Shown: positions 20,432 to 31,131, counted from the first letter of the stretch. The stretch: DNA of 64,000 nucleotides from an uncultured Halomonas sp. (GCA_947500835.1 CANMTQ010000010.1:129715-193714), one strand, 5' to 3'. Notes: generated by a model from the letters alone, not told the origin. Numbers and translations are program-made.

Positions 20432-21259
20432 TTATTCTCCTTTGCCTTGGCATCTAGGACAATAATAAAGCCGACGGGAAGCTACATTGGTGCGCTCGAT
20501 GAGAGTCGTACAGGCATGACACGGTAATCCGTCGCGTTGAAATACTGCAAAACGCCACTGCTGGCGCTTTTCTCCTTGCCGGCGCGCTGCCTTTGACCAG
20601 TCATCGCGGTTGGTAGTCCCTTTCTGACAATAGGCACACTCGATCACTTCCAGCATCGTTCGCGCCAGATGCTTTCGTTGAGCTGTCGTCAGATCCATGG
20701 GGCGCTGTCGATAAGAAAGCCGGGCAAAGAACAGAATCTCGGAACGAAGATAATTGCCAATACCAGCGAACAGTGCCTGGTCCAGCAATAAGCCCCCTAG
20801 TGCTCGTCGCTTGAAGCGTGTCATTTCCAGGCGCTCGATAACCGCTTCGATGCTGACGTCATGGGTCAACAGATCCGGCCCCAGACGGGCCAGAAAAGGA
20901 TGTTCTTCCAGCCGATCAGCCTGCCATAGAGAGATATCCGAGGCGCTGTACAGACTCGCCGAGCGGCCTTGGGCCGTGAGACGAGCCCGTAACGAGCGTT
21001 TGGTATCCGGCTCGCGCTCCTCGTCGTGATATTTCCATACGCCGTACAGCTGGTTATGCGAATAAAGTACGCGATCATCGTCGAAACGGATCAATAGCGC
21101 CTTGCCCCAGCTATCGACCGTCGTCACTTCCCGACCACTTAGCGACGCTGCCTGACTGGCAAGCTCGGGAAAGGCAAACCACACCCCATCAAGGCGTCTA
21201 CCACCGATCTGCTCCTGCAGCGCATCTGCGGTACGACGGATCTCCGGGCCTTCCGGCAT
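20432..21259 (-). CDS. nei: Endonuclease VIII (Fpg/Nei family)
   Basis: MPEGPE start, GKAL, YSHNQLYG, GIGNYLRSEIL, C-terminal CxxC...CPRCQ zinc finger. Confidence 0.93.
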   Translation of the reverse strand: MPEGPEIRRTADALQEQIGGRRLDGVWFAFPELASQAASLSGREVTTVDSWGKALLIRFDDDRVLYSHNQLYGVWKYHDEEREPDTKRSLRARLTAQGRSASLYSASDISLWQADRLEEHPFLARLGPDLLTHDVSIEAVIERLEMTRFKRRALGGLLLDQALFAGIGNYLRSEILFFARLSYRQRPMDLTTAQRKHLARTMLEVIECAYCQKGTTNRDDWSKAARRQGEKRQQWRFAVFQRDGLPCHACTTLIERTNVASRRLYYCPRCQGKGE

Positions 21260-21262
21260 CGT

Positions 21263-23290
21263 TCAGGCCATTCCCAAGAGCAATTGCTGCTCCTTTAATT
21301 TGTGCAGCTGATCCCTGAGCTGAGCCGCCGTCTCGAATTCGAGATTCTGCGCTGCTTCGTGCATACCGTCCTCGAGCCGGGATATCTCCTTGACGAGTTC
21401 ATGGGGCGCCAAGGTACTTGGATCGTAAATGGCAGCTTTTTCCGCCACCTGACGTTCGCTCTTGCGACGGTTGCCCTTCTTGCCCGGCGTCTGAGCGCCT
21501 TCCATGATATCCGCCACGGATTTGGTCACGGTTCGCGGGGTGATGCCATGCTCTTCGTTATGGGTGATCTGCTTGGCTCGACGCCGTTCGGTCTCATCAA
21601 TAGCGCGGCGCATGGAATCCGTGACCCGATCACCATAGAGAATTGCCTTGCCCTTGGCGTTACGAGCGGCGCGACCGATGGTCTGGATCAACGAGCGCTC
21701 TGCACGAAGGAAGCCCTCCTTGTCCGCATCGAGAATCGCCACCAGGGAAACTTCGGGAATATCCAACCCCTCACGCAGCAGGTTGATGCCCACCAATACG
21801 TCGAATTTGCCCAGACGCAGATCGCGGATGATCTCGACCCGCTCCACGGTGTCGATATCCGAATGCAGATAGCGTACCCGGACATCGTGTTCGTCCAGAT
21901 ATTCGGTCAAATCTTCCGCCATTCGCTTGGTCAGGGTGGTGACAAGCACCCTTTCGCCCACGTCGGTCCGCAGTCGAATCTCGGAAAGCAGGTCGTCGAC
22001 CTGGGTCGATGCCGGACGTACTTCGACTTCCGGATCAAGTAGTCCGGTGGGACGCACTACCTGCTCTACCACCTGCCCCTGATGCTCGGCTTCGTACTTG
22101 CCTGGCGTCGCGGAGACGAACACCGTCTGAGGGCAGACACGCTCCCACTCCTCAAAGGTCATGGGGCGGTTATCCAGCGCTGAGGGCAGCCGGAAGCCGT
22201 ATTCGACCAGGGTCTCCTTGCGCGACCGATCACCTTTGTACATGCCGCCTACCTGGGGCACGCTGACGTGGGACTCATCGATGAACAGCAGCGCATCCGC
22301 GGGCAGATAGTCAAAGAACGTGGGCGGCGGCTCGCCGGGGTTGCGACCGGACAGATAGCGAGAGTAGTTCTCGATACCGTTGCAATAGCCGAGTTCCAGC
22401 ATCATCTCGATGTCATAGAGGGTACGCTGCTCAAGACGCTGTGCTTCCACCAGCTTATCGTGCTTGCGCATCCAATCCAGCCGGCCCGCAAGCTCTTCCT
22501 TGATCGAGTCAATGGCCCCGAGAATCGTATCCCGGGGCGTCACATAGTGGCTCTTGGGATAGATGGTCATACGCGGTACCTTGCCACGTACTTCACCGGT
22601 CAAGGGATCGAACAGGCTGATGCTATCGACCTCATCGCCAAACAGCTCGACCCGCACTGCCTCCTCCTCGGAGTCTGCAGGAAACACATCAATGACATCG
22701 CCGCGAACCCGATAGGTACCACGTCGGAAATCCATGTCGTTGCGGGTGTACTGCAACTCCGCCAGACGCCGCAAGAAGGCGCGCTGGTCGATGAGTTCTC
22801 CGCGATTGAAGTGCAGACGCATCTTCAGGTATTGATCCGGATCACCCAGACCATAGATTGCCGATACCGAGGCCACGATCAGCGCGTCCTTGCGCTCCAG
22901 CAGCGCCTTGGTGGCAGATAGGCGCATCTGCTCGATGTGGTCGTTGATCGAGGCGTCTTTCTCGATGAAGGTGTCCGAAGACGGCACATAGGCCTCGGGC
23001 TGATAATAGTCGTAATAAGAGACGAAGTACTCTACCGCATTGTCCGGTAGAAACGCCTTGAACTCGCCGTACAGCTGCGCCGCAAGGGTCTTGTTGGGAG
23101 CCATGACGATGGTCGGGCGCTGTAGCCTCTCGACCACGTTGGCCATGGTGAAGGTTTTACCCGAACCGGTCACGCCCAGCAGGGTCTGGTGGGCCAGGCC
23201 CGCTTCAAGCCCCTTGACCAGGCTATCGATAGCAGCCGGCTGATCGCCAGCCGGCTGATAATTGGATTGAATGCGAAAGGATTTGCTCAT
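21263..23290 (-). CDS. uvrB: Excinuclease ABC subunit B
   Basis: [39 protein letters not shown]-terminal UVR domain. Confidence 0.98.
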   Translation of the reverse strand: MSKSFRIQSNYQPAGDQPAAIDSLVKGLEAGLAHQTLLGVTGSGKTFTMANVVERLQRPTIVMAPNKTLAAQLYGEFKAFLPDNAVEYFVSYYDYYQPEAYVPSSDTFIEKDASINDHIEQMRLSATKALLERKDALIVASVSAIYGLGDPDQYLKMRLHFNRGELIDQRAFLRRLAELQYTRNDMDFRRGTYRVRGDVIDVFPADSEEEAVRVELFGDEVDSISLFDPLTGEVRGKVPRMTIYPKSHYVTPRDTILGAIDSIKEELAGRLDWMRKHDKLVEAQRLEQRTLYDIEMMLELGYCNGIENYSRYLSGRNPGEPPPTFFDYLPADALLFIDESHVSVPQVGGMYKGDRSRKETLVEYGFRLPSALDNRPMTFEEWERVCPQTVFVSATPGKYEAEHQGQVVEQVVRPTGLLDPEVEVRPASTQVDDLLSEIRLRTDVGERVLVTTLTKRMAEDLTEYLDEHDVRVRYLHSDIDTVERVEIIRDLRLGKFDVLVGINLLREGLDIPEVSLVAILDADKEGFLRAERSLIQTIGRAARNAKGKAILYGDRVTDSMRRAIDETERRRAKQITHNEEHGITPRTVTKSVADIMEGAQTPGKKGNRRKSERQVAEKAAIYDPSTLAPHELVKEISRLEDGMHEAAQNLEFETAAQLRDQLHKLKEQQLLLGMA

Positions 23291-23359
23291 GCGCTTGAGA
23301 TGGTTCCAAAGAGGGTAAAGTTCAAGCGTCGGCGATGTATTAAACCTGGACGCGGGAAG

Positions 23360-23630
23360 CTAGGGTCTGTTGACGTTTCATCGCGAACCGCGTTGCTGCA
23401 TCAAAAAGTGCCAGTCAAGGCGCGGAACGCAGGGAAGGGTTATTCCCTTTTCAAGTTTCGCAACGCAGGATGGTGCTTTTTGATGCGCAACCCGACGGGC
23501 TGGGTCAGTTTTTATCCGCTGCGGCGTTAGTCGTCGTTCATTTGGAATAACCAAATCTCTCTCCTCCTGCCTTGCCCCGAATAAAAACTGGCGCCAGCGC
23601 GGCCGTGAATGAAACGTCAACAGACCCTAG
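23360..23630. mobile_element. MITE-like non-autonomous element (~263 bp) with 18-bp terminal inverted repeats and CTAG flanks
   Basis: CTAG-GGTCTGTTGACGTTTCAT (23360-23381) is the exact reverse complement of ATGAAACGTCAACAGACC-CTAG (23609-23630). Internal nested inverted repeats; no transposase. Confidence 0.8.
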
Positions 23631-24031
23631 GAATCCATCGCGGTGGTTATCTGTACCTCGGAAGTCGTTAACAGCCGATGGATCGGACAACGATCGGAAA
23701 TCTCCAGTAGCCGAGCCAGCTGTTCCGTATCCTCGATGCCCTCAAATGTCATTTCGATATCGACACGATAAATTCCATGACGCTCTTGGCTGTCGTCCCG
23801 GGTGACGATCACCCCCACCTTTTCCAACGGCCATTCCTTGCGTCTGGCATACATGCGCGCAGTGATCGCCTTACAAGCGCCCAGCGCCAGATCGAGGTAG
23901 TCATGGGGATCAGGCGCGCTTTCCTCGCCGCCCACGATCTTGGGTGCATCGACGACTAGATCCTCGAAGGACTCGATCTCGGCGCGGTGGCGCAACCCGT
24001 GACGATCCATGCTGGTGATGACGATAGTCAA
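23627..24031 (-). CDS. OsmC/YhfA family protein
   Basis: GG...APDPHDYL...ALGAC...RMYA...RCPIHRLL two-cysteine pattern. Confidence 0.88.
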   Translation of the reverse strand: MTIVITSMDRHGLRHRAEIESFEDLVVDAPKIVGGEESAPDPHDYLDLALGACKAITARMYARRKEWPLEKVGVIVTRDDSQERHGIYRVDIEMTFEGIEDTEQLARLLEISDRCPIHRLLTTSEVQITTAMDS

Positions 24032-24056
24032 GACATTCTCCTTGATGGCCTGGTAT

Positions 24057-24278
24057 TCAGTATGCCTTGATGCCGAGCTTTTCCACAGCGGCGATCAAGG
24101 TCTCACGGCGCACGTTGCCTTCCACGTCGGCGCCGTGCCGCCCAACCTCTGCACTCTCGACACCGTCCAGGGTCATTAGTGCGGTAGTAACGCGGTTGAG
24201 CTTTTCGACACTTTCGATTTCTTCAAAACTCAGCGAAATATGTCCCACGAAAGCTTTCCTGTCAGATGTTGGCACCAT
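24057..24278 (-). CDS. Small hypothetical protein with HMA-like fold, no CxxC
   Basis: 73 aa; ...VTTALMTLDGVESAEV...LIAAVEKLGIKA resembles the HMA periodicity; co-oriented with osmC. Confidence 0.55.
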   Translation of the reverse strand: MVPTSDRKAFVGHISLSFEEIESVEKLNRVTTALMTLDGVESAEVGRHGADVEGNVRRETLIAAVEKLGIKAY

Positions 24279-24556
24279 TAGTTTGCAGCATAGAGTCCCG
24301 ATCGTCGAAGAGTAGCGCCAGCAGCAGGTAAGGGACCATTAGGTAATGCGCATTTCAGACATGTGCAATATAAAGATTCGCGAAAGTTTTTCCTCTTATT
24401 TCAGTGATTTGATACCTCCTTCCTACTGTTATTAATAGCACCTACGCTAACGAAAAATGCCTAGGCGCCTCGTTAAGCGTAAATCTCCACCAGAGAGGAC
24501 GGCCCTTTCGGTGACAAATTTGTGCGGTATCGATAATTAAAGGGAACAAGGACATC

Positions 24557-25069
24557 ATGAGAAATACGATCAAACTTCATAGCACTGCCATCGCAGTTGC
24601 ATTTACGCTTGCCGGTGTGCTTGGTGTGAGCGCGATGGCAAGTGCCGAAGTCGATAAAGACAACCTGAATCCGTGGCAACATTGCGGTATCGGCGCGGCT
24701 ATTTTCGACAAAAACGAAACCGCTGCAGCGCTTTCCAACGTCATATGGGATTCCGGCACCACGGCCGTAACCTCAGCCACTCTTTCTCCTGACACTTGCG
24801 AAAGCGAGCAAGTTCAGGTCGCTCAGTTCATTGATGAAACCTACGATGTGCTCGCAATGGAAACCGCCGTAGGTGAAGGCGAGCATCTGCAGACAGCTTT
24901 GACGCTTGCGGGTTGTGCAGCAAGCACTCAGGAAGATGTCATCGGCACCTTGCGTACCGACCTTGGCAAGATCAGCGCCGATACACGCTATGGCGACATG
25001 TCCCACAGCGACAAGGCCTACGAGTTTTACCGCAGTCTGACTACTGCTTCCGGCTGTTCCGTGGGTTAA
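24557..25069 (+). CDS. DUF3015-family exported protein
   Basis: Signal peptide, CGIG motif, TSATLS..C, QFI...LAME.A.GEGEHL pattern; upstream of a DUF4105 gene. Confidence 0.75.
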   Translation: MRNTIKLHSTAIAVAFTLAGVLGVSAMASAEVDKDNLNPWQHCGIGAAIFDKNETAAALSNVIWDSGTTAVTSATLSPDTCESEQVQVAQFIDETYDVLAMETAVGEGEHLQTALTLAGCAASTQEDVIGTLRTDLGKISADTRYGDMSHSDKAYEFYRSLTTASGCSVG

Positions 25070-25094
25070 CCCCAAGCGGCCCGAATGACGGAAA

Positions 25095-25119
25095 AGACCG
25101 GAGCACTTTGCTCCGGTCT
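25095..25119. terminator. Perfect 10-bp hairpin between the DUF3015 and DUF4105 genes
   Basis: AGACCGGAGC-ACTTT-GCTCCGGTCT. Confidence 0.5.
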
Positions 25120-25167
25120 GCCGATACTCCTCTACAACATATCCAACAATTCCGATGAGGCTTCTCC

Positions 25168-27057
25168 ATGCGGCGAATTCGATTGCTCGCGGCTGTCTGT
25201 CTTTGCGCGTTAGGCGTGGACAGCATGGCGGATGAGATATCGCTGGCTGAAGATGAGCAGTGGCGTTCGCTCTTGCATTTCGATCGAGGCGGCTTCTTCG
25301 AAGCGCCACGCAGTGCGGTCATCGACTCGGATTTTTTCCTGGCTCCTAATGGTGCTACCGATCCAGCAGCAGAACTCGAAGCAACTCTGAACGCTTTTCG
25401 TGAAAATCCCGAGAACGTGGCACCTGGAGCGCATGCGCTGTGCCGCTTTCCCGCGCGAGCTTTGTGGATCACTCGAATGACTGGAGAACAGTGGCCCCAG
25501 GGTGCAGCCTGCCCTGATTTAGCAGCATGGCAAGAACGATATAACGATGCCTCGGTAGGGCTCATCTTCGCATCAGGGTACCTGGGCAACCCAGCCTCGT
25601 TTTTCGGACACCTGATGATTCAATTGAAGCCGCCTGCAGCAGAGTCGAAGGAGTGGGTCGACGCGACTCAGCTGCTCGATACCAGCCTCAATTTTGGTGC
25701 GGACGTGCCCGCAACGGACGGCCTGGCCAAGTACATGGCCAAGGGCCTGCTGGGGGGCTATGAAGCAAAATTTTCCAATGCGCCCTTCTATCGCAATACG
25801 ACGATCTATTCCGAAAAGGAGATGCGTGATCTCTGGCACTACGAGCTAGCGTTACCGGACTGGGAACGTCAGCTTCTGATCCTCCATCTATATGAAATTC
25901 TTGGTCAGGATTACGACTATCTTTTCTTGACACAGAACTGTGCGTCACGAATCGCCCGAACTCTGGAAGTCGTGGTTGATACCGACCTGACCGCCGGTAG
26001 CGTCGCCTGGGTTACGCCGGAAAGCGTGATCCGCAATATCGGTACCATCAATAGCAATAGCTCCGGCAATAGCCCAGGCCAACCATTGCTCGCGTCGGTC
26101 ACTCACGTACCCTCGCGCCGCCTGATCACCGAGCAGCGCTATCGCGCACTAAGCAGTGCAGAGAAAACCGCGGCTCGCAGAATACTGCCAAGAACGGATC
26201 ACCTTGACCTGACCAGACCAGAGTACCTCGCGTTGCCACCCAAGCGCCGCGCAGCTGTGATCGAAACTTTGCAGAGTCATGTAGCTCTCTTGCGCGACAC
26301 CCAGCCGCAAGCGGCCTACCCGGATATCACGCGCCGGCTTCAACTGGAACGCCTTGCGCTTCCTCGCGGCCAGCAGTCCGAGAATGCGCAGACGAGCACG
26401 CCGATTCATGAAGCAACGCCTTCCAGCGCCATAAGAGCACAGGGTATCTACAATAACGTTCTAGGCAGCGGTTTGCGTTTGACGATACGGCCACTGCATT
26501 ATGATTTGATGGATAGCGAAGCGACACGCATGCCCAACGCCGCTTTGGAAATCGGCACGACCAAGATCGATCTTGGATATGGAAATCCCAAGCTACGAGA
26601 ATTCACACTATTCTCGATCACCAATCTTTATACGCAGCATGTTCCTCTCCCGGCATCACCTACCCTGGCCTGGCATGCATCTGCGGGTATAGCTCGCTCA
26701 GCACTCGACTGTGATGATTGCCTCGATGGCAACGCCAAACTGCTTGCGGGCAAGTCCTCGCAGTTCGGCAGTCATATCCCTTTTGCCTTGATAGGCGGTC
26801 AACTCAGAACGCAGCGTCACAATGACGGCGCCCTGGCGCCAATGGCTCAAGCAGGTTTGCTATCACATTGGACCAAGCGTCAGCGCACGCTACTGACCCT
26901 CGAACATGCCGACGCTCTCCAGGGAAAATCTTCTCGATCGACGCAGTGGAATATTCAATACCGCCTAGCCTTGAACAATTACCTGGATTTCCGGGTTGAG
27001 GCACGAGGCGATGACGATGCAAGAGAACTGGCAGCGGGTACGTCGTTCTATTTTTGA
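25168..27057 (+). CDS. DUF4105 (Lnb N-terminal-like) domain protein with probable C-terminal beta-barrel
   Basis: Signal peptide, W..LLH, FF.AP.G..DP.AEL.AT, CRFPAR, PASFFGH, QNCA motifs; C-terminal ...SFYF. Confidence 0.8.
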   Translation: MRRIRLLAAVCLCALGVDSMADEISLAEDEQWRSLLHFDRGGFFEAPRSAVIDSDFFLAPNGATDPAAELEATLNAFRENPENVAPGAHALCRFPARALWITRMTGEQWPQGAACPDLAAWQERYNDASVGLIFASGYLGNPASFFGHLMIQLKPPAAESKEWVDATQLLDTSLNFGADVPATDGLAKYMAKGLLGGYEAKFSNAPFYRNTTIYSEKEMRDLWHYELALPDWERQLLILHLYEILGQDYDYLFLTQNCASRIARTLEVVVDTDLTAGSVAWVTPESVIRNIGTINSNSSGNSPGQPLLASVTHVPSRRLITEQRYRALSSAEKTAARRILPRTDHLDLTRPEYLALPPKRRAAVIETLQSHVALLRDTQPQAAYPDITRRLQLERLALPRGQQSENAQTSTPIHEATPSSAIRAQGIYNNVLGSGLRLTIRPLHYDLMDSEATRMPNAALEIGTTKIDLGYGNPKLREFTLFSITNLYTQHVPLPASPTLAWHASAGIARSALDCDDCLDGNAKLLAGKSSQFGSHIPFALIGGQLRTQRHNDGALAPMAQAGLLSHWTKRQRTLLTLEHADALQGKSSRSTQWNIQYRLALNNYLDFRVEARGDDDARELAAGTSFYF

Positions 27058-27163
27058 TCAGAGTGTTCATAATGCTGCCTAAAGGCGTTCAAGCCCCACC
27101 GCCTTGCAATCCCTACTGGTAAACCCAATAGTCATGAACAAACCTCGCGCGCATGGAGCCTTC

Positions 27164-28210
27164 ATGACTAATTGGACTGTACACCTTCAAGCGGCCGGCG
27201 CACGTTGTCATGACGAGCGCCAGATCGATTTCGGCGATCCGAAACAGGCCCACCAGCCGAGTGACACTACCCTGCTCTCTCCTTTGATCCATCTTTCCAT
27301 TCTGGAAATCGAAGGAGTGGATACAAAACGCTTTCTTCAAGGGCAGACCAGCGCCCAGCTTGAATTGGCGAATGGCGATTTCGCGCCTTTGACTGCGTTC
27401 TGTTCGGTCAAGGGGCGTATGCTGGCCAATGCGCAATTGCTGCGCATTGCCGAAGATCGTTATTGGCTGTTGCTGGATCGCGACCTGATCGAACCGCTCA
27501 CCAAGCACCTGAGCAAGTTCGCAGTCTTCTACAAGGCCGAGATTCGTCCACGAGACGACCTGGCCCTGATCGGCCTTCTGGGCCGCGATGCCCCAGCATT
27601 GCTGGAAGCGCGTCTGGACATGGTGCCGCCTGCTATCTGGCATCAGGCAATGCAGGGTGAACGCATTCTGCTGCAGCATCCCGGCCCACGCTCTCGATTC
27701 ATTGTGTGTGTGCCTTCAGCAGAGGCTAATACGATCTGGGATACGTTGGCTCGCTCGGCAACGCCGGTGGGTAACGCGGTATGGCAGTTGCACGACATCA
27801 AGGCGGGGCTTGCCTGGCTGACCGCGGCGCAGCAGGACACCTACCTCCCGCAGATGATCAACTGGGAAGCGCTTGGCGGCATCAGCTTCAAGAAGGGCTG
27901 CTATACAGGACAGGAAGTCGTGGCCCGCGCGCATTTTCGCGGACAGGTCAAGAAGCGTCTGATACGGGCACAGCTTGATGGAAACCTAGTTCCCGAGCCA
28001 GGCGCTCCGGTATGCGATGCCGAGGGCAAGCGTCATGGTGAGGTTTTCATCGCCGCCCTGGATGCCTACGATCAGGCTGAAATACTCGCGGTGGTAAAGA
28101 CTCGCGATGATGAATTGCCTCTCGAGGTCCTGGGGCAGCGCTTGAAACGCCTCAAGCTGCCCTATGCCATCGAGCGTCTCGACCCGGAGGAACTCGCTGC
28201 GCAGGGCTAA
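27164..28210 (+). CDS. ygfZ: Folate-binding Fe-S/tRNA-modification protein YgfZ
   Basis: FLQGQ, KGRM, PQMIN, ISFKKGCYTGQEVVAR signature; start trimmed to 27164. Confidence 0.92.
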   Translation: MTNWTVHLQAAGARCHDERQIDFGDPKQAHQPSDTTLLSPLIHLSILEIEGVDTKRFLQGQTSAQLELANGDFAPLTAFCSVKGRMLANAQLLRIAEDRYWLLLDRDLIEPLTKHLSKFAVFYKAEIRPRDDLALIGLLGRDAPALLEARLDMVPPAIWHQAMQGERILLQHPGPRSRFIVCVPSAEANTIWDTLARSATPVGNAVWQLHDIKAGLAWLTAAQQDTYLPQMINWEALGGISFKKGCYTGQEVVARAHFRGQVKKRLIRAQLDGNLVPEPGAPVCDAEGKRHGEVFIAALDAYDQAEILAVVKTRDDELPLEVLGQRLKRLKLPYAIERLDPEELAAQG

Positions 28211-28229
28211 ATCACCACAGGTTCCAGCG

Positions 28230-28997
28230 TTAGCCAACGTCGAGGCCAAACAATCGCTGCACGTTGTTCGTGCTATGCAAGGCGATCTGTTCGAAGGGTT
28301 CGCCCCGTAAACCGGCAATATGCTCGCATACCCGAGCCACTCTTGCGGGTTCGTTACGCTGCCCTTGAAATCCCGCCAAAGGCATGTCCGGGCTGTCGGT
28401 TTCCAGCACGTAGCCATCATTCGGTAAAGAAACGACCGCGCGCTGCAAGCGCTTGGCCCGCTCATGGGTCGTTGCTCCGCCTAAACCAAGCACAAACCCC
28501 AGGTCGAGAAACTTACCAGCCTGTTCCGGGCTGCCGGCGAAGGCATGAATCATCCCGCCCCGGGACAAATTCAGCTGACGCAAGCGCTTGGCAACCTTGT
28601 CGTTGGCCTGCACGCAGTGAACCACGACCGGCAGATCGCGCTGCTTTGCGATTCGCAGCTGTGCATCGAAGAGCTGCCACTGAGCATCGAGGGTTTCTTC
28701 GAAGCGCGCATCGATACCGCACTCTCCCAGCGCCACAGCTTCAGGATGCTCATCGAGCATTTTCTCCAATACGTCGAGATCCTCATCCCTATGCTCTTCC
28801 ATGAAGTAAGGATGAAGGCCCAGGTTCAGACTGACGTTCTCCCGCCGGGAAAGTTCGATCACCGCCGGCCAACGCGCTCGAGTCGTGCCGGGCACTACAA
28901 AATGCTCAACTCCTGCCTCATGGGCATGCTCGAACACGGCCTCTCTATCATCGTCGAAATCGTCAAAATCCAGATGGCAATGGGCGTCGATCAGCAT
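28230..28997 (-). CDS. TatD family hydrolase
   Basis: DAHCHLD, GLHP, GECGID, HAFAG, LETDSPD. Confidence 0.93.
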   Translation of the reverse strand: MLIDAHCHLDFDDFDDDREAVFEHAHEAGVEHFVVPGTTRARWPAVIELSRRENVSLNLGLHPYFMEEHRDEDLDVLEKMLDEHPEAVALGECGIDARFEETLDAQWQLFDAQLRIAKQRDLPVVVHCVQANDKVAKRLRQLNLSRGGMIHAFAGSPEQAGKFLDLGFVLGLGGATTHERAKRLQRAVVSLPNDGYVLETDSPDMPLAGFQGQRNEPARVARVCEHIAGLRGEPFEQIALHSTNNVQRLFGLDVG

Positions 28998-29020
28998 CCT
29001 TCTCCATAGGCTCCATTCAG

Positions 29021-29503
29021 CTAGCGGGTTTGCATTTCGTCATCAAGCTGGGATGTACAGGCAGGACAGCGCGTAGCCTGCAGGGGAATCTTGCTGATGC
29101 AGTAAGGGCAGCTCTTGACCGTCGGTGCGGAGGTTTCCGGCGGGTAGGCCAGATTCTTCAGACGGTTGATGTTGCGTACCAGAATGAACACCGCCATGGC
29201 GACGATCAGAAAAGACAGCAAGGCATTGAAGAAAAGACCGTAATTGAGGGTCGCCGCGCCAGCGGCCTGAGCCTGTTCCAGGGTGTAGTAAGGCCCTTCC
29301 CCACTGCCTTGACGCAGCACAATGAACTGGTTGCTGAAATTGATGTCGCCGGTGATCAGCCCAATCACCGGCGTGAAGATATCCTTGACCAGGCTATTGA
29401 CGATGGAGGTGAAGGCAGCGCCAATGATGATACCCACTGCCATATCGACGACATTACCCTTGACCGCGAATTCGCGAAATTCCTTGAGAAATTTCGATGC
29501 CAT
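29021..29503 (-). CDS. mscL: Large-conductance mechanosensitive channel MscL with C-terminal CxxC-CxxC extension
   Basis: EFREFAVKGNVVDMAVGIIIGAAF, LNYGLF..A...FLIVA; tail CPYC...CPAC. Confidence 0.92.
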   Translation of the reverse strand: MASKFLKEFREFAVKGNVVDMAVGIIIGAAFTSIVNSLVKDIFTPVIGLITGDINFSNQFIVLRQGSGEGPYYTLEQAQAAGAATLNYGLFFNALLSFLIVAMAVFILVRNINRLKNLAYPPETSAPTVKSCPYCISKIPLQATRCPACTSQLDDEMQTR

Positions 29504-29541
29504 GATCACTGGATCCTCGTTTGAAGGTTCAGGATTTGTTT

Positions 29542-31131
29542 TCAGTGTTCCCGGGTGGCATTGAAGCGCACCTCCGGCCAGCGCTCCTGGGTCATCTGCA
29601 GATTGACGCGAGTCGGTGCGATATAGGTCAAATACCCCCCACCATCCAGCGCGAGATTGGTGCTGGCCTTGCGCTTGAACTCATCGAGTTTCTTGGCGTC
29701 ATCGCAGTACACCCAGCGCGCCGTCTGAACATTGACCGCCTCATAGATGCAATCGACCTTGTACTCTTCCTTGAGCCGATGAGCGACCACGTCGAACTGC
29801 AGCGTGCCGACAGCGCCGACGATCAGGTCGTTGTTGTCCAAGGGCATGAACACCTGGGTCGCGCCCTCCTCGGAAAGCTGCTGCAGGCCTTTTTGCAGCG
29901 CCTTCATTTTCAGCGGATCGCGCAGGCGTACCCGCTTGAACAGTTCTGGCGCGAAGTGTGGAATGCCGGTAAAGCGCATCTCCTCACCCGTGGTGAAAGT
30001 ATCACCGATCTGGATGGTGCCATGGTTGTGCAACCCGATGATGTCGCCGGGCCAGGCCTCCTCGACCTGAGCGCGATCTGACGCCATGAAGGTCAGGGCG
30101 TCGGCAATCTTGACATCCTTGCCGATACGCACATGACGCATCTTCATGTTCTTTTCGTACTTGCCGGAACAGACTCGCAGAAAGGCCACCCTATCCCGAT
30201 GCTTGGGGTCCATGTTGGCCTGGATCTTGAATACGAAACCGGAAAAGCGTTCATCATCGGCGCTGACGGTTCGCGTATCCGTATCCCGTGCCTGGGGCGC
30301 CGGCGCATATTCGACGAAACCATCGAGCATCTCGCGCACGCCAAAGTTGCCCATGGCGGTGCCGAAATACACCGGCGTCAGTTCGCCGCGGCGATAAGCC
30401 TCTAGATCGAACTCATGAGAAGCGCCGCGCACCAGCTCCACTTCCATGCGCAGCTCCTCGGCCTGCTCGACGCCCAGGATTTCATCGACCTGAGGGTTAT
30501 CGAGGCCTTCGATGCGTACATCTTCAGGGATACGGCTGCCCTGGCCCTGCTTGTAGAGATGAATCACATCGTTATAGAGATGATAAATCCCGCGGAAATG
30601 GCGCCCCATGCCGATGGGCCAGGTCATGGGCGCACACTGGATGTTGAGCACCGTCTCGACTTCATCCATGACCTCGACCGGATCGCGGATATCGCGATCC
30701 ATCTTGTTGATGAAGGTCAGAATCGGCGTAGTGCGAAGCCGGCAGACTTCCATCAGCTTGATAGTGCGCTCCTCGACACCCTTGGCGCCGTCGATCACCA
30801 TCAGCGCCGAGTCCACGGCGGTCAAGGTGCGGTAGGTATCCTCGGAGAAATCCTCGTGTCCCGGCGTATCAAGAAGATTGACGATGCGCCCGCCGTAGGG
30901 AAACTGCATGACCGAGGTGGTCACGGAGATTCCCCGCTCCTGCTCCATTTTCATCCAGTCCGAGGTGGCATGGCGCTCGTTACGCTTACCCTTGACGGAA
31001 CCGGCGAGCTGAATGGCGTTGCCGAACAACAACAGTTTCTCGGTGATGGTGGTCTTGCCGGCGTCCGGATGGGAAATAATGGCAAAAGTGCGGCGAAGAT
31101 CCGCTTGTTGGGCTATCTGGCTATCTGGCAT
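29542..31131 (-). CDS. prfC: Peptide chain release factor 3
   Basis: [42 protein letters not shown]. Confidence 0.98.
   Translation of the reverse strand: MPDSQIAQQADLRRTFAIISHPDAGKTTITEKLLLFGNAIQLAGSVKGKRNERHATSDWMKMEQERGISVTTSVMQFPYGGRIVNLLDTPGHEDFSEDTYRTLTAVDSALMVIDGAKGVEERTIKLMEVCRLRTTPILTFINKMDRDIRDPVEVMDEVETVLNIQCAPMTWPIGMGRHFRGIYHLYNDVIHLYKQGQGSRIPEDVRIEGLDNPQVDEILGVEQAEELRMEVELVRGASHEFDLEAYRRGELTPVYFGTAMGNFGVREMLDGFVEYAPAPQARDTDTRTVSADDERFSGFVFKIQANMDPKHRDRVAFLRVCSGKYEKNMKMRHVRIGKDVKIADALTFMASDRAQVEEAWPGDIIGLHNHGTIQIGDTFTTGEEMRFTGIPHFAPELFKRVRLRDPLKMKALQKGLQQLSEEGATQVFMPLDNNDLIVGAVGTLQFDVVAHRLKEEYKVDCIYEAVNVQTARWVYCDDAKKLDEFKRKASTNLALDGGGYLTYIAPTRVNLQMTQERWPEVRFNATREH

Noticed and set aside
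23291-23359. LexA box upstream of uvrB
   Set aside because: No CTG-N10-CAG match found.
24403-24445. Weak resemblance to a fluoride (crcB) riboswitch (...GTGAT...CCTCC...TAATAGCACCTAC)
   Set aside because: The GAUGG core and pseudoknot pairing are absent, and the downstream gene is not fluoride-related.
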